A DNA stretch of 34,762 nt, taken from contig CAZJYS010000002.1 of assembly GCA_964550075.1 (NCBI GenBank), forward strand, positions 1 through 34,762, in the 5' to 3' direction. This document shows, in pieces, positions 8,486 through 18,308 of this stretch. The notes beneath the pieces were generated by a model that saw nothing but the letters and a program-made list of their open reading frames with translations, made no database searches and had not been told where the DNA came from. The DNA is from an uncultured Methylomonas sp. Lineage in GTDB: Bacteria; Pseudomonadota; Gammaproteobacteria; Methylococcales; Methylomonadaceae. How positions within the stretch are numbered: position 1 is the stretch's first letter; each line of letters begins with the position of its first letter. A program made the position numbers and the translations under genes.

Positions 8486-9538
8486 ATGAGCCAAGTTAAT
8501 AAAATGGAAACTAAAAGCGCCTTCCTTCCTGCATACGATTTTTCACTCGCATCCAATCTTGAACTGCTCAAAGCCATTTTACCCATACTCAATAACCACA
8601 AGATTGCTGCCAATCCGATCAACTATGCCATCTGCTACGATTATGTTGCGGGACATAATGCGACCCTTAGCAAAGCAGTGGACTTGTTATTTGAACAAGA
8701 CAAACCTTTTGATAGAGATACCAGCCTCGAACTCTACGGCAAGCACATCTGTAGCGCCTCATTGGCATCCTTTGAAAACATCAACAACCAAATTCAAAAA
8801 GTCATAGAACAGACTTCGGGTGCCATCAACGACACTTGCAATAAAGCAGAAGAAACCAATGACAGCTTCCAAAAGAAAAGCGTCATGCTGGAAAACATCG
8901 TCGATTCAACCGGTATTAACCAGATATTGAAAGAAATCATTGATGAGACACGCTCGTTATCGCTGATCAGCCAGACCATGCAAGCCAAGCTAAACGATGC
9001 AAATCGGGAAATGGAACAACTGCGCTCCGAATTGGAGCAAGTGCGGCAAATCTCTGTTACAGACGGTTTGACAGGATTATTGAATCGACGAGCTTTTGAC
9101 CAAACCTTGGCTCAAGTCATTGAGCAGTCAAAACCTGAAACTGCCTATTTATCGCTACTGGATATCGATCATTTTAAAAAAGTCAACGACACCTACGGCC
9201 ACACCATAGGGGATAACGTGATCAAATTCGTAGCTTCGCTGATGAAACAACACGCCGAAGAGCATCATCACGTCGCCCGCTACGGCGGCGAAGAACTGGC
9301 TATCATCATGCCGGATACTCCCAAAGAAAAAGCCATCGAAATCTCTGAAACCATTCGTATGGCGATGGAGAACAGCAATCTAAAACGCAAGTCGGATAAT
9401 CAACCGCTAGGTAAAATCACCCTTTCCATCGGGATTGCCAAATTACAAGATCAAGATAGTCCGGATAGTTTTATCGTACGCGCCGATAAAGCTCTCTATC
9501 AAGCTAAAGAAACCGGACGAAACAAAGTCGTTCACTGA
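8486..9538 (+). CDS. Cytoplasmic GGDEF-domain diguanylate cyclase with N-terminal helical domain and coiled coil (start may be 8486 or 8504)
   Basis: TDGLTGLLNRRAF, LLDIDHFKKVNDTYGHTIGD, ARYGGEEL and RADKALYQAKETGRN motifs. No TM segments. Confidence 0.93.
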   Translation: MSQVNKMETKSAFLPAYDFSLASNLELLKAILPILNNHKIAANPINYAICYDYVAGHNATLSKAVDLLFEQDKPFDRDTSLELYGKHICSASLASFENINNQIQKVIEQTSGAINDTCNKAEETNDSFQKKSVMLENIVDSTGINQILKEIIDETRSLSLISQTMQAKLNDANREMEQLRSELEQVRQISVTDGLTGLLNRRAFDQTLAQVIEQSKPETAYLSLLDIDHFKKVNDTYGHTIGDNVIKFVASLMKQHAEEHHHVARYGGEELAIIMPDTPKEKAIEISETIRMAMENSNLKRKSDNQPLGKITLSIGIAKLQDQDSPDSFIVRADKALYQAKETGRNKVVH

Positions 9539-12500
9539 ACATAACTGGATGGGTTGTGTTGACGAGCTAAAATCAGATAAAACGCTGGTACCACAAATAA
9601 AGTAAATAGCGTGCCTATACCCAGACCGCTGGCAATCACCAATCCGATGTCGAATCGGCTGGCGGCGCCAGGGCCTGCTGCCATTAATAGTGGCACCATC
9701 GCCACGATCATGGCCACGGTCGTCATTAATATCGGGCGCAAACGAATGGTCGCCGCTTGCTCAACCGCAGCAAACTTACTCAGACCTTTTTGGCTCTGTA
9801 ATTGATTGGCGAATTCAACAATCAATATGCCGTTCTTGGTTACCAAACCAATCAAGGTAATCAATCCTACCTGAGTGTAAATATTGATAGTCGCAAATCC
9901 CAGCATCATAAAAGCCAATGCGCTGGCAATCGAAAGAGGTACTGAAATCAGAATGATCAAAGGATCTCGCCAACTTTCAAATTGCGCCGCCAACACCAAA
10001 TAGATGATTAGCAAGGCCATGAAGAAAGTCAGAATTAATGCACTGCCTTGTTGCGCGTATTGACGTGAAGCCCCGGTATAGTCAAAGCTAAAACCCCGCG
10101 GAAAAATGGCTTGAGCCGTTTCTTCCAAATAAGCCATCGCATCACCCAATCCGGTATTAGGGGTCATCATGCCATTGATAGTCAAACTGTTAAGCTGTTG
10201 AAATTGCGTACGCTTACTGGGCTCAACCGAATGTTCGAGCTTTAGCAAAGACGACAAGGGCACCTGACCACCGGAAGCCGTGCGCAAGTAGTAATTGTCG
10301 AGTTTACTGAGATCCATGCGATCCAAATCTTCGACTTGTGGAATCACCTTATAACTGCGACCCTGTAAACTAAAGCGATTCACGTACTGCCCACCCAGCA
10401 AGGCTGCCAGATTGCGACCAATATCCTGCATATTGATCCCTAAATCTGCGGCTCTGTCCCTATCGATAACCAGAGTAGTTTGTGGTCGATTAAAGTTGAC
10501 GTCTTTCATCAAAAACGCAAACTTGCCGCTCTGCATAGCTTTTCCCAGTAATTGATCGGCAACCTGATCCAGCGCTGTGTAATCGGCATCGGTCACCATC
10601 ACAAATTGCAGCGGTAAACCACCGCCGGAACCGGGCAAACTGGGACGGGGAATAACGGCAGTTTGAAAACCGGCAATTTTGCCGACTTTGGCTTGTAATT
10701 CCGGCTGAATTTGGGTTTGCGAGCGACTCCGCAATGATGTCGAAGGCATTTTAAAGCCGCTAAACACGGTGCTGGTGTCGCCACCAAAGCCCATGATTAA
10801 GAAGCTTTCCTTGTACTCGGGGATGCTCTCGAATTGCTTGATCAGCTCTCGGGAATAGGTTTCGTTGTAATGCAAAGTCGCAGTTTGCGGGCCATTGGCT
10901 AAAGTAAACAAAATACTTTGATCTTCCGTTGGCGCCAATTCCTTGGTCGTCAATATGAACATAAAATAGATGCTGACCAACAATACCCCTGCAAACAATA
11001 GAATGCTGGCCGGATATTCGAGGATTTTATGTAACCAACGCTGGTAATAAGCCGCCAATCCGGTGAAAAAATGTTCTACAGCCACTTCAAATCGCCCTGG
11101 TTTTCCGGCATCTGTCAGCACTTTGGCACTCATCATCGGTGATAGCGTCAAGGCTACCACGCCGGATACCAATACAGCACCGGCTAATGAAAACGCAAAT
11201 TCAGTAAACAAAGTTCCAACTAATCCCCCCATAAAACCGATAGGCGCATAAACAGCCACCAACGTGGTGGTCATGGCGATAATCGGCAACCCCAGCTCCC
11301 TAGCCCCTAGCAAAGCCGCCTGCAAGCGAGGTTTGCCTTCCTCAATATGCCGATGGATGTTCTCCACCATGACAATGGCGTCATCAACCACCAAGCCAAT
11401 CGCCAACACCATGGCCAACATGGTCAACAAATTGATCGAAAACCCCATACCCAGCATCAAAAACGCTCCGCCGATCAGCGATAAAGGCACGGTGACGGCG
11501 GGTATCAATGCGGCACGCATCGAACCCAATGACAAAAAAATCACGATCAACACGATAGTGATGGCTTCAATCAGGGTGGCAAATACTTCGTGTATCGAAT
11601 CTTCGATAAACTGGCTGGCATCGTACGGCAGCAGAATTTGCATCGAGTCCGGCAACTCTCGTTCGATATCTTTCAATAAGGCCTTGACGGCTTTGGCAAC
11701 CGTGAGCGGGTTGGCGCCGGGCGCTTGTTCTATGCCCGTGAATATAGCCATTTTGCCTTTGTACCAGTTGACAGCATCATAGTCTTCACTGCCCAGTTCG
11801 GTATCAGCTATATCTTGCAATCTGACCAACACGCCATCCTTTTGGCTAACAACCAGTTGTCGAAAATCCTGCTCACTAACGGCATCGGTGGTGGCGCGCA
11901 GATCGATTTTAACGAAGTTCCCCTTAGTGCCACCCACACCGGATAGATAATTATTCTGCTTGAGTACCTCACTGACATCGGTAGCGGTTACCCCCAGTGA
12001 CGCCATGCGTTCAGGATCCAGCCATATCCGCATCGCAAAAGTCTTGTTACCCAAAACTTTGGCCTTACCTACGCCGGGCACGGCTTGAATCTTGGGTTGC
12101 ACCACCCGCAGGATGTAATCACTTAACTGAGCTGCCTGCAAAGTATCGCTGTAAAGAGCCACATACATCAAAGCTGTACTTTCTCCAGTTTGCGAAGTAA
12201 TGACAGGGTCTTCAGCCTCTGCAGGCAATACGTTGCGTTGGCTGGCGACCTTGGCTTGAATTTCGGCGACGGCAGCATTGGGATCGTAATTCAAGCGCAT
12301 ATGCACTTCGATAGTCGAATTGCCCTGACGACTGGTTGACGACAGGTAATCGATCCCATCTGCTTCAGCAATGGCTTGTTGTAACGGGTTGGTGATAAAA
12401 CCCTTGACCAATTCGCTATTGGCGCCCGGATAGGATGTCGCAACCGTGACCACGGTGTTTTCGGTCTCAGGATATTGACGAAGCTCCATCACCGAAATAG

Positions 12501-12582
12501 CCCTAAGCCCCAATACCAGAATCAATAAACTGATCACGCTGGCGAGTACCGGGCGGTGGATAAAAATATCGGTAAACTTCAC
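9532..12582 (-). CDS. RND efflux permease (AcrB/AcrD/AcrF superfamily, MexW/MexI-like)
   Basis: MKFTDIFIHRPVLA start, GLVVDDAIVMVENI (TM4 Asp pair), KNGILIVEFA and RLRPILMTT motifs. 1016 aa. Confidence 0.96.
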   Translation of the reverse strand: MKFTDIFIHRPVLASVISLLILVLGLRAISVMELRQYPETENTVVTVATSYPGANSELVKGFITNPLQQAIAEADGIDYLSSTSRQGNSTIEVHMRLNYDPNAAVAEIQAKVASQRNVLPAEAEDPVITSQTGESTALMYVALYSDTLQAAQLSDYILRVVQPKIQAVPGVGKAKVLGNKTFAMRIWLDPERMASLGVTATDVSEVLKQNNYLSGVGGTKGNFVKIDLRATTDAVSEQDFRQLVVSQKDGVLVRLQDIADTELGSEDYDAVNWYKGKMAIFTGIEQAPGANPLTVAKAVKALLKDIERELPDSMQILLPYDASQFIEDSIHEVFATLIEAITIVLIVIFLSLGSMRAALIPAVTVPLSLIGGAFLMLGMGFSINLLTMLAMVLAIGLVVDDAIVMVENIHRHIEEGKPRLQAALLGARELGLPIIAMTTTLVAVYAPIGFMGGLVGTLFTEFAFSLAGAVLVSGVVALTLSPMMSAKVLTDAGKPGRFEVAVEHFFTGLAAYYQRWLHKILEYPASILLFAGVLLVSIYFMFILTTKELAPTEDQSILFTLANGPQTATLHYNETYSRELIKQFESIPEYKESFLIMGFGGDTSTVFSGFKMPSTSLRSRSQTQIQPELQAKVGKIAGFQTAVIPRPSLPGSGGGLPLQFVMVTDADYTALDQVADQLLGKAMQSGKFAFLMKDVNFNRPQTTLVIDRDRAADLGINMQDIGRNLAALLGGQYVNRFSLQGRSYKVIPQVEDLDRMDLSKLDNYYLRTASGGQVPLSSLLKLEHSVEPSKRTQFQQLNSLTINGMMTPNTGLGDAMAYLEETAQAIFPRGFSFDYTGASRQYAQQGSALILTFFMALLIIYLVLAAQFESWRDPLIILISVPLSIASALAFMMLGFATINIYTQVGLITLIGLVTKNGILIVEFANQLQSQKGLSKFAAVEQAATIRLRPILMTTVAMIVAMVPLLMAAGPGAASRFDIGLVIASGLGIGTLFTLFVVPAFYLILARQHNPSSYVQ

Positions 12583-13673
12583 TTAGCAGTCTCCCGCTCA
12601 CCAGGAGCAGGTTGGCTATCGATATTAACAGACATGCCATTACGCAATTTGACCTGCCCTGCACTGACCACCTGATCGCCCGCATTCAAACCACTGATAA
12701 TTTCCACCCGTCCTTCGCGGCTCTGCCCCGTGACAACCTGACGATTTTTGACGATCAACCCCTTATCCGTGGTTTCTATCAAAAATACGGCATTTCCATA
12801 GGGGTTATAACTGATGGCAGTATCAGGCAAAGTTAATACTGTGACGGGATTACCCGACTGAATTTGTACTTGCGCAAACATGCCGGGACGCAGCAACTTG
12901 GCGGGATTTTCGATTTGAGCACGCACTTTAAGCGAGCGAGTATCGCTATCCAGTGCCGGACTGATAGCCTTAATCTTGCCGGTAAATGATTTCCCGGGGT
13001 AAGCCTGAGTGGTAATGTGAATCTGTTGCTGGATGGCAATTTGGCTGATGTGCCGCTCCGGTAAGGCAAAATCCACAAAAATGGGCGTCAGTTTTTGCAG
13101 GCTGACAATGGCGGTGCCTTCAGACAAATATTGGCCGATATCCACCTGACGAATACCTAAGTCACCTGCAAAAGGTGCTCGAATGGATTTTTTATCGATA
13201 CGGGTACGCTGAGCTTGAACTGCGGCTCTGGCTTGCTCCAACTGAGCGATATTCTGGTCATATTCGGCTTGCGACAAATATTTTTTTTGGACCATTTTCT
13301 CGCTTCGCTGCAGACGTGTCTGGGCTAATTGTAATTCAGCTTGCAAACCCGCCAACTCAGCTAGATCCGTTTCGGTATCCAACTCTACCAATAATTGATT
13401 TGTTTTGACCGATTGACCTGATTCAAAATGAATAGCCTTGATTTTACCGACCACTTCATTGCTGACTTCCACACCGCCTACCGGATTTAAACTGCCAACA
13501 GCTGTCAATGAGGTAATCCATTGCTCTTGTTTAACTTTTGCTGCTGCCACTACGGCTGGCGGCACGGGTTTGATTTGGCTAATAGCTTTTTGTGTTTGAT
13601 AAAACTTGAAACCAAACAAGCCACCTAAAATCAGCGAGGTGAAGATGAAAACAATGAATATACGTTTGAACAT
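12579..13673 (-). CDS. RND efflux membrane fusion (periplasmic adaptor) protein
   Basis: N-terminal TM anchor, IRAPFAG, LRPGMFA and GLNAGDQVV motifs. Stop overlaps the RND GTG start. Confidence 0.95.
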   Translation of the reverse strand: MFKRIFIVFIFTSLILGGLFGFKFYQTQKAISQIKPVPPAVVAAAKVKQEQWITSLTAVGSLNPVGGVEVSNEVVGKIKAIHFESGQSVKTNQLLVELDTETDLAELAGLQAELQLAQTRLQRSEKMVQKKYLSQAEYDQNIAQLEQARAAVQAQRTRIDKKSIRAPFAGDLGIRQVDIGQYLSEGTAIVSLQKLTPIFVDFALPERHISQIAIQQQIHITTQAYPGKSFTGKIKAISPALDSDTRSLKVRAQIENPAKLLRPGMFAQVQIQSGNPVTVLTLPDTAISYNPYGNAVFLIETTDKGLIVKNRQVVTGQSREGRVEIISGLNAGDQVVSAGQVKLRNGMSVNIDSQPAPGERETAK

Positions 13674-13714
13674 TGGATAATGATTGATACGACCAACCGC
13701 TCATCATGAGCAGT

Positions 13715-14443
13715 TTAAATATATAAACGCGCCATTTGACGCCAATATTGGCCTTGATGTGCGCGTCCATTCCATTCATAAAACTGATGTTTTATGCCTT
13801 TTTGAGTGAGTATATGGTGTAGCTCCCGATTATTTTGCAAAAACGGATCTTCTTTACCAATCACTATTGTGATGTCCATTTGCCGCAAATGGTTCAATTG
13901 CTTTTTACAGGTTAAATTGGGTAAAAAGTGGCTGGGAGTATGAAAATACACATCATCACTGTAATAGCCGTTAAACAGATTGCTGAAATGCTCAACCTCT
14001 AGGGTCAAGTCAAAGCGACCGGAAAATGCAACCATTTTTTTAAACAGATGCGGATGACGAAAGGCAATATTGGCGGCATGATAAGCGCCAAGACTACATC
14101 CATGCGCAATTCTACAAGGGTGCGGATTTTTTGCATCCATGAACGGCATCACTTCATGCAAAACATAGTTCTCGAACTGTATATGGCGCTTGATTCGCTC
14201 TTCCGGGCGAGCCCAAAAGCAATAAAAGGTTTCGTGATCTATGCTATCGAGACAAAATAGCTGGATATGCCCTGCTTTAATTTTATCTTGTAAGGTTTCA
14301 ACAATTCGCAGATTTTCATACTCATAAAATCGACCATCCCGGGTAGGAAAGACCAGAACCTTGGCACCAGCATGGCCAAATACCAGAAATTCCATATTTC
14401 GTCCCAAACGTGCGCTATACCAGTGATGATATTCTCGATTCAT
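13715..14443 (-). CDS. Putative esterase, alpha/beta hydrolase (242 aa)
   Basis: Starts MNREYHHWYSARLGRNME at 14443 (ATGA overlap with the upstream gene). Nucleophile elbow GCSLG, with candidate Asp (KEDP) and His (AHQG). Confidence 0.88.
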   Translation of the reverse strand: MNREYHHWYSARLGRNMEFLVFGHAGAKVLVFPTRDGRFYEYENLRIVETLQDKIKAGHIQLFCLDSIDHETFYCFWARPEERIKRHIQFENYVLHEVMPFMDAKNPHPCRIAHGCSLGAYHAANIAFRHPHLFKKMVAFSGRFDLTLEVEHFSNLFNGYYSDDVYFHTPSHFLPNLTCKKQLNHLRQMDITIVIGKEDPFLQNNRELHHILTQKGIKHQFYEWNGRAHQGQYWRQMARLYI

Positions 14444-15411
14444 GATGGATGAGTTGATTCCGCAAAAAAAGCTTGTAGTTGCCACAATAACTGCTGATTT
14501 TGCTGCTGTTGACGCGGATATTCATAGTGCCCCGCATCCAGGACAAATAAATCTTTCGAACCTGACCAGGCGTTATAAATACAAAATTGTCCTGGGGGCG
14601 CTACCATGGGATCAAATAATGCCGCCGCCATATGCAAGGGTTGTTGAGCAAACTGCGCAGTAATCGCCGCATCGTAATAGGCTAAAGTGTCAGGAACATG
14701 ACCTAATGATTTTACATATTGAGATACTGCTGCGGCGCTGCCTAAGGATGGCAGCTCTAATCGCAGAGGATTGCAGCCAAAAGTGGGTACATTCAAATGA
14801 ATTTTTTGTACGCGGTTATCCCAAGGCAATCCTAATGCGCCAATACCACCACCAAAACTGATGCCCATATACCCAATTCTGTCTTTAGCGTGCGGATACA
14901 ACTCCAGCATCAATGTCACTGCCAGCCACAAATCTTCGACACAACCTCCTAGAATATAGCGCTCAGGATCGTCAATATGATGCAATACATGGGATGCAGG
15001 CTGGTCTGAAACCTGATCCGAGCGACTTCTGGAAATTCCTCGAAAACAAGGAAATAGATACGCTGTATGGGGGATATTGAAATGATAGTCCGGCTGATTG
15101 CGTCCACCATAGCCGTGGCCGACAATAATACATTGCCTGACCTCCTGATCTTCAGGTTCTAGCAACCAACCACCTATTGTAAAGCCGTCTGTGGACTGGT
15201 AATTGACATCAAAGGTCTTCAACCCGGAATGGGAACCACATTCACCTAAAGTGAAGTAGATACGTAACGCTAACGTCTTGCGATAACGAGCTTGCCAGAA
15301 TTGAACAAAATCAGCGGGTGCAGATGGAGGGGTTATCGCCAGCAACCCTTCAAGATCGTAGCCGTAGCTGGGATTAAAGTGGAACGGATGCTCTATCAGC
15401 TTCACAATCAA
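14440..15411 (-). CDS. Acetylxylan esterase / cephalosporin-C deacetylase (AXE1, CE7-like) family protein
   Basis: PADFVQFWQ, HGYGG, FRG, GISFGGG, FDPMVAPPGQF and AGH motifs. Start is uncertain (TTG 15411 or GTG 15405). Confidence 0.88.
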   Translation of the reverse strand: MIVKLIEHPFHFNPSYGYDLEGLLAITPPSAPADFVQFWQARYRKTLALRIYFTLGECGSHSGLKTFDVNYQSTDGFTIGGWLLEPEDQEVRQCIIVGHGYGGRNQPDYHFNIPHTAYLFPCFRGISRSRSDQVSDQPASHVLHHIDDPERYILGGCVEDLWLAVTLMLELYPHAKDRIGYMGISFGGGIGALGLPWDNRVQKIHLNVPTFGCNPLRLELPSLGSAAAVSQYVKSLGHVPDTLAYYDAAITAQFAQQPLHMAAALFDPMVAPPGQFCIYNAWSGSKDLFVLDAGHYEYPRQQQQNQQLLWQLQAFFAESTHPS

Positions 15412-15443
15412 TAATCATGTTTGATGAGAGAGGCATCGATTGG

Positions 15444-15514
15444 AGCCAGCCTGATTCAATTGCGAGCATAATCGTTATTAATGCCAACAATTATGCACGG
15501 CTTTCTGGCTGGCT
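15444..15514 (-). other. Nested inverted repeats (possible structured leader RNA or operator) between ihfB and the esterase/RND run
   Basis: An outer 8-bp stem (15444-15451 with 15507-15514) encloses an inner 11-bp stem (15466-15476 with 15486-15496) that pairs fully only on the minus strand, via a G-U pair. Confidence 0.45.
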
Positions 15515-15524
15515 AAGAATGGTG

Positions 15525-15830
15525 TTAATCGACAATATTATAATTTTCCCTGGAGGCATCTACCAGGTCGCGCAACTCTTTACCTGGTTTGAAATGCGGA
15601 ACATGCTTTTCTGTCAAGGAAACAGACTCACCGGTTTTTGGATTTCTACCCAGTCTGGCAGAACGATGGTGCAATGAAAAGCTACCAAAGCCCCTGATTT
15701 CGATACGTTCACCGCTAGCCAGTGTATCGCTCAAGTGATCAACCACACATCTGACAGCTAATTCAACATCTTTAAGCGGAAGGTGCGGCTGTTTACGTGC
15801 CAACACCTCTATCAATTCTGATTTTGTCAC
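15525..15830 (-). CDS. ihfB: Integration host factor subunit beta
   Basis: MTKSELIE...[17 protein letters not shown]...GRNPKTGE...[13 protein letters not shown] start at 15830 with AGGG upstream (ORF track uses TTG 15836). Follows rpsA. Confidence 0.97.
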   Translation of the reverse strand: MTKSELIEVLARKQPHLPLKDVELAVRCVVDHLSDTLASGERIEIRGFGSFSLHHRSARLGRNPKTGESVSLTEKHVPHFKPGKELRDLVDASRENYNIVD

Positions 15831-15854
15831 ATTCAACCCTGATTAATCGAAACG

Positions 15855-15879
15855 GGGTGATGTGCAGAACACATCACCC
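15855..15879 (-). terminator. Hairpin after rpsA (partial terminator or stabiliser)
   Basis: GGGTGATGTG and CACATCACCC form a perfect 10-bp stem with a 5-nt loop, 10 nt after the rpsA stop. The following U-tract (CGTTTC) is short. Confidence 0.65.
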
Positions 15880-15889
15880 TTGGACGGTA

Positions 15890-17551
15890 TTATTTATCCA
15901 TTTGTTTAAAGATATCACCCAAAGTGGCTGAACCCGCACCTTGTTGTGAGTAATCTTTAATAGCGTTTGACTCTTCCTCAACATCTTTGGCTTTGATAGA
16001 CAAAGAAATAGACTTGGTTTTTTTGTCGACGCCAACAAATTTTGCTTCGATTTGATCACCTTCTTTCAACAAAGTGCGGGCGTCTTCGACGCGGTCACGT
16101 TGAATTTCAGAAGCACGCAAATAGCCTTCAACGTTGTCAGCCAAAGTGATGACAGCACCTTTGGCATCAACTTCTTTGACAGTACCTTTAACCAGAGCAC
16201 CTTTTTCGTTGACAGCAATATAGTTTTGGAATGGGTCTTGTTCCAGTTGTTTGATACCCAAAGAAATACGCTCACGCTCAGGGTCAACCGCCAAAATCAC
16301 AGTTTCAACTTCATCGCCTTTTTTGTAGTTGCGAATAGCTTCTTCGTCGTTCTCATTCCAGGAAATATCTGACATGTGAACCAAACCATCGATACCGCCA
16401 TCGAGTCCAATAAAGATACCGAAATCAGTAATGGATTTGATTTTGCCGCTGATTTTATCGCCTTTGTTATGGGTGGCGCCAAACTCATCCCATGGGTTCG
16501 AACGGCATTGTTTCATGCCCAGTGAAATACGACGACGTTCTTCGTCGATTTCCAATACCATGACTTCAACTTCATCACCCAGTTGTACCATTTTGGATGG
16601 ATTGACGTTTTTATTGGTCCAGTCCATTTCAGAAACGTGAACCAAACCTTCAACGCCTTCTTCGATTTCCACGAAGCAGCCGTAATCAGTCAGGTTGTTC
16701 ACTTTACCGAATACACGGGTACCAGCAGGGTAACGGCGAGCAATGTTTTGCCATGGATCTTCTTCCATTTGCTTCATGCCCAGAGATACACGGGTTTTGT
16801 CTTTGTCGAATTTCAAAACCTTGACATTGATTTCCTGGCCGATTTCCACGCACTCTGATGGATGACGTACACGACGCCATGCCATATCGGTAATGTGCAA
16901 CAGACCATCGACGCCGCCCAAATCAATGAAAGCACCGTAATCGGTGAGGTTTTTGACCACACCCACCACAATGGCGCCTTCTTGTAAGGTTTTAACCAAT
17001 TCTTCTCTTTCTGCGCTGTATTCGCTTTCAACCACCGCGCGACGTGACAACACGACATTGTTACGTTTTTGGTCAATTTTGATAACTTTGAATTCTAAGT
17101 CGCGGTTTTCCAGGAAGGTGGTGTCACGAATCGGACGCACATCCACCAGAGAACCTGGCAGGAAGGCACGCAGCGCGCCAACAGCCACTGTGAAACCACC
17201 ACGTACTTTACCGTTGATACGACCAACAATGGTTTCCTGAGTTTCGAAAGCTTTTTCCAGTTCGGACCAAGCTTTACTTTTCTTAGCTTTATCGCGGGAA
17301 AGAAGTGTTGAACCCAAGCCGTCTTCGAACATGTCGAGAGCTACTTCGATTTCGTCGCCGACATTGACTTCCAGATCGCCATCTGCATTTAAAAATTGCC
17401 ATTTCGGAATCACACCTTCCGATTTAGCTTGGGTGCTGACGATCACGAATTCATTTTCGATATCGATCACGGTACCCATTAACATGGCGCCAGGACGCAT
17501 TTCAGTCTTGGCAAAACTCTCTTCTAATAACTGTGCAAAGCTTTCGCTCAT
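15890..17551 (-). CDS. rpsA: 30S ribosomal protein S1
   Basis: [12 protein letters not shown] start, repeated S1 domains ([25 protein letters not shown] and similar). Located between cmk and ihfB. Confidence 0.99.
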   Translation of the reverse strand: MSESFAQLLEESFAKTEMRPGAMLMGTVIDIENEFVIVSTQAKSEGVIPKWQFLNADGDLEVNVGDEIEVALDMFEDGLGSTLLSRDKAKKSKAWSELEKAFETQETIVGRINGKVRGGFTVAVGALRAFLPGSLVDVRPIRDTTFLENRDLEFKVIKIDQKRNNVVLSRRAVVESEYSAEREELVKTLQEGAIVVGVVKNLTDYGAFIDLGGVDGLLHITDMAWRRVRHPSECVEIGQEINVKVLKFDKDKTRVSLGMKQMEEDPWQNIARRYPAGTRVFGKVNNLTDYGCFVEIEEGVEGLVHVSEMDWTNKNVNPSKMVQLGDEVEVMVLEIDEERRRISLGMKQCRSNPWDEFGATHNKGDKISGKIKSITDFGIFIGLDGGIDGLVHMSDISWNENDEEAIRNYKKGDEVETVILAVDPERERISLGIKQLEQDPFQNYIAVNEKGALVKGTVKEVDAKGAVITLADNVEGYLRASEIQRDRVEDARTLLKEGDQIEAKFVGVDKKTKSISLSIKAKDVEEESNAIKDYSQQGAGSATLGDIFKQMDK

Positions 17552-17648
17552 TTCTCTACTTTCCCAAACTTGTTAAAACACAAACAAGCTTTCTCTTATC
17601 AATAAAATTAAAAAAAGCCGCCTTGTCATTGGCAGCCACCAAAAAGCC
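17552..17648 (-). promoter_or_regulatory. cmk-rpsA intergenic region: terminator-like hairpin plus AU-rich structured rpsA leader
   Basis: Minus strand GGCTGCC-N8-GGCGGCT followed by a U-run (17610-17637), then a second hairpin at 17566-17591. No canonical GGAGG before the rpsA ATG. Confidence 0.5.
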
Positions 17649-18308
17649 CTAACGGACTAAATCTATTACCCTGTCGATCACCTGCTGAATGCTTAAACTC
17701 GATGAATCCAAATAAACAGCCCCTTCCGGCACCATCAATGGAGCAGTGGCTCTTTCGCTATCGCGACGATCACGTGCTTCTATCTCCTGGGTAATCTGTG
17801 CTAGGTTAGCATCAATTCCCTTTTCAATCAACTGCTTATATCTACGCTTACCACGCTCTTCTGCACTGGCGGTCAGATACACTTTATATTGCGCTTTCGG
17901 AAACACGACACTACCCATGTCACGACCATCTGCAACCAACCCCGGAAGTTGTTGAAAATCCTTCTGTTTTTGTAGCAAAATCGTCCTCACCTCGGGATAA
18001 GCCGCCACAATCGAAGCTATATTGCCAGTGGCTTCCGTACCTAACAAGGGCGTTATGTTGTGGCCATTCAGATTGACTTGCAAAGTTTCACCGCAATCAA
18101 AAGCCAACTGCATGTTTTGAGCAATTTTGCATACCGCTTCCACATCGCTCAAATCTGCATCTGCTTGCATACAGGCAATCGCCAAAGAACGATAAATGGA
18201 ACCGCTGTCCAGATAGTTCCAGCCTAATAACTTGGCGACGGCACGACTGACGGTGCCTTTACCAGCACCACTAGGGCCGTCAATAGTTAAAACGGGAATA
18301 TTCATCAT
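17649..18308 (-). CDS. cmk: Cytidylate kinase
   Basis: TIDGPSGAGKGT P-loop, LVADGRDMG and RDRRDSERATAPL motifs. Confidence 0.98.
   Translation of the reverse strand: MMNIPVLTIDGPSGAGKGTVSRAVAKLLGWNYLDSGSIYRSLAIACMQADADLSDVEAVCKIAQNMQLAFDCGETLQVNLNGHNITPLLGTEATGNIASIVAAYPEVRTILLQKQKDFQQLPGLVADGRDMGSVVFPKAQYKVYLTASAEERGKRRYKQLIEKGIDANLAQITQEIEARDRRDSERATAPLMVPEGAVYLDSSSLSIQQVIDRVIDLVR

Noticed and set aside
11264-11782. Long antisense ORFs (for example 11264..11782, 1720..2205, 23652..24152, 33548..34000)
   Set aside because: These are shadow frames opposite well-supported genes and show no independent motifs.
15460-15480. Fur-box-like ATAATCGTTATT
   Set aside because: Only about 11/19 match to the Fur consensus, and better explained as part of the inverted repeat.
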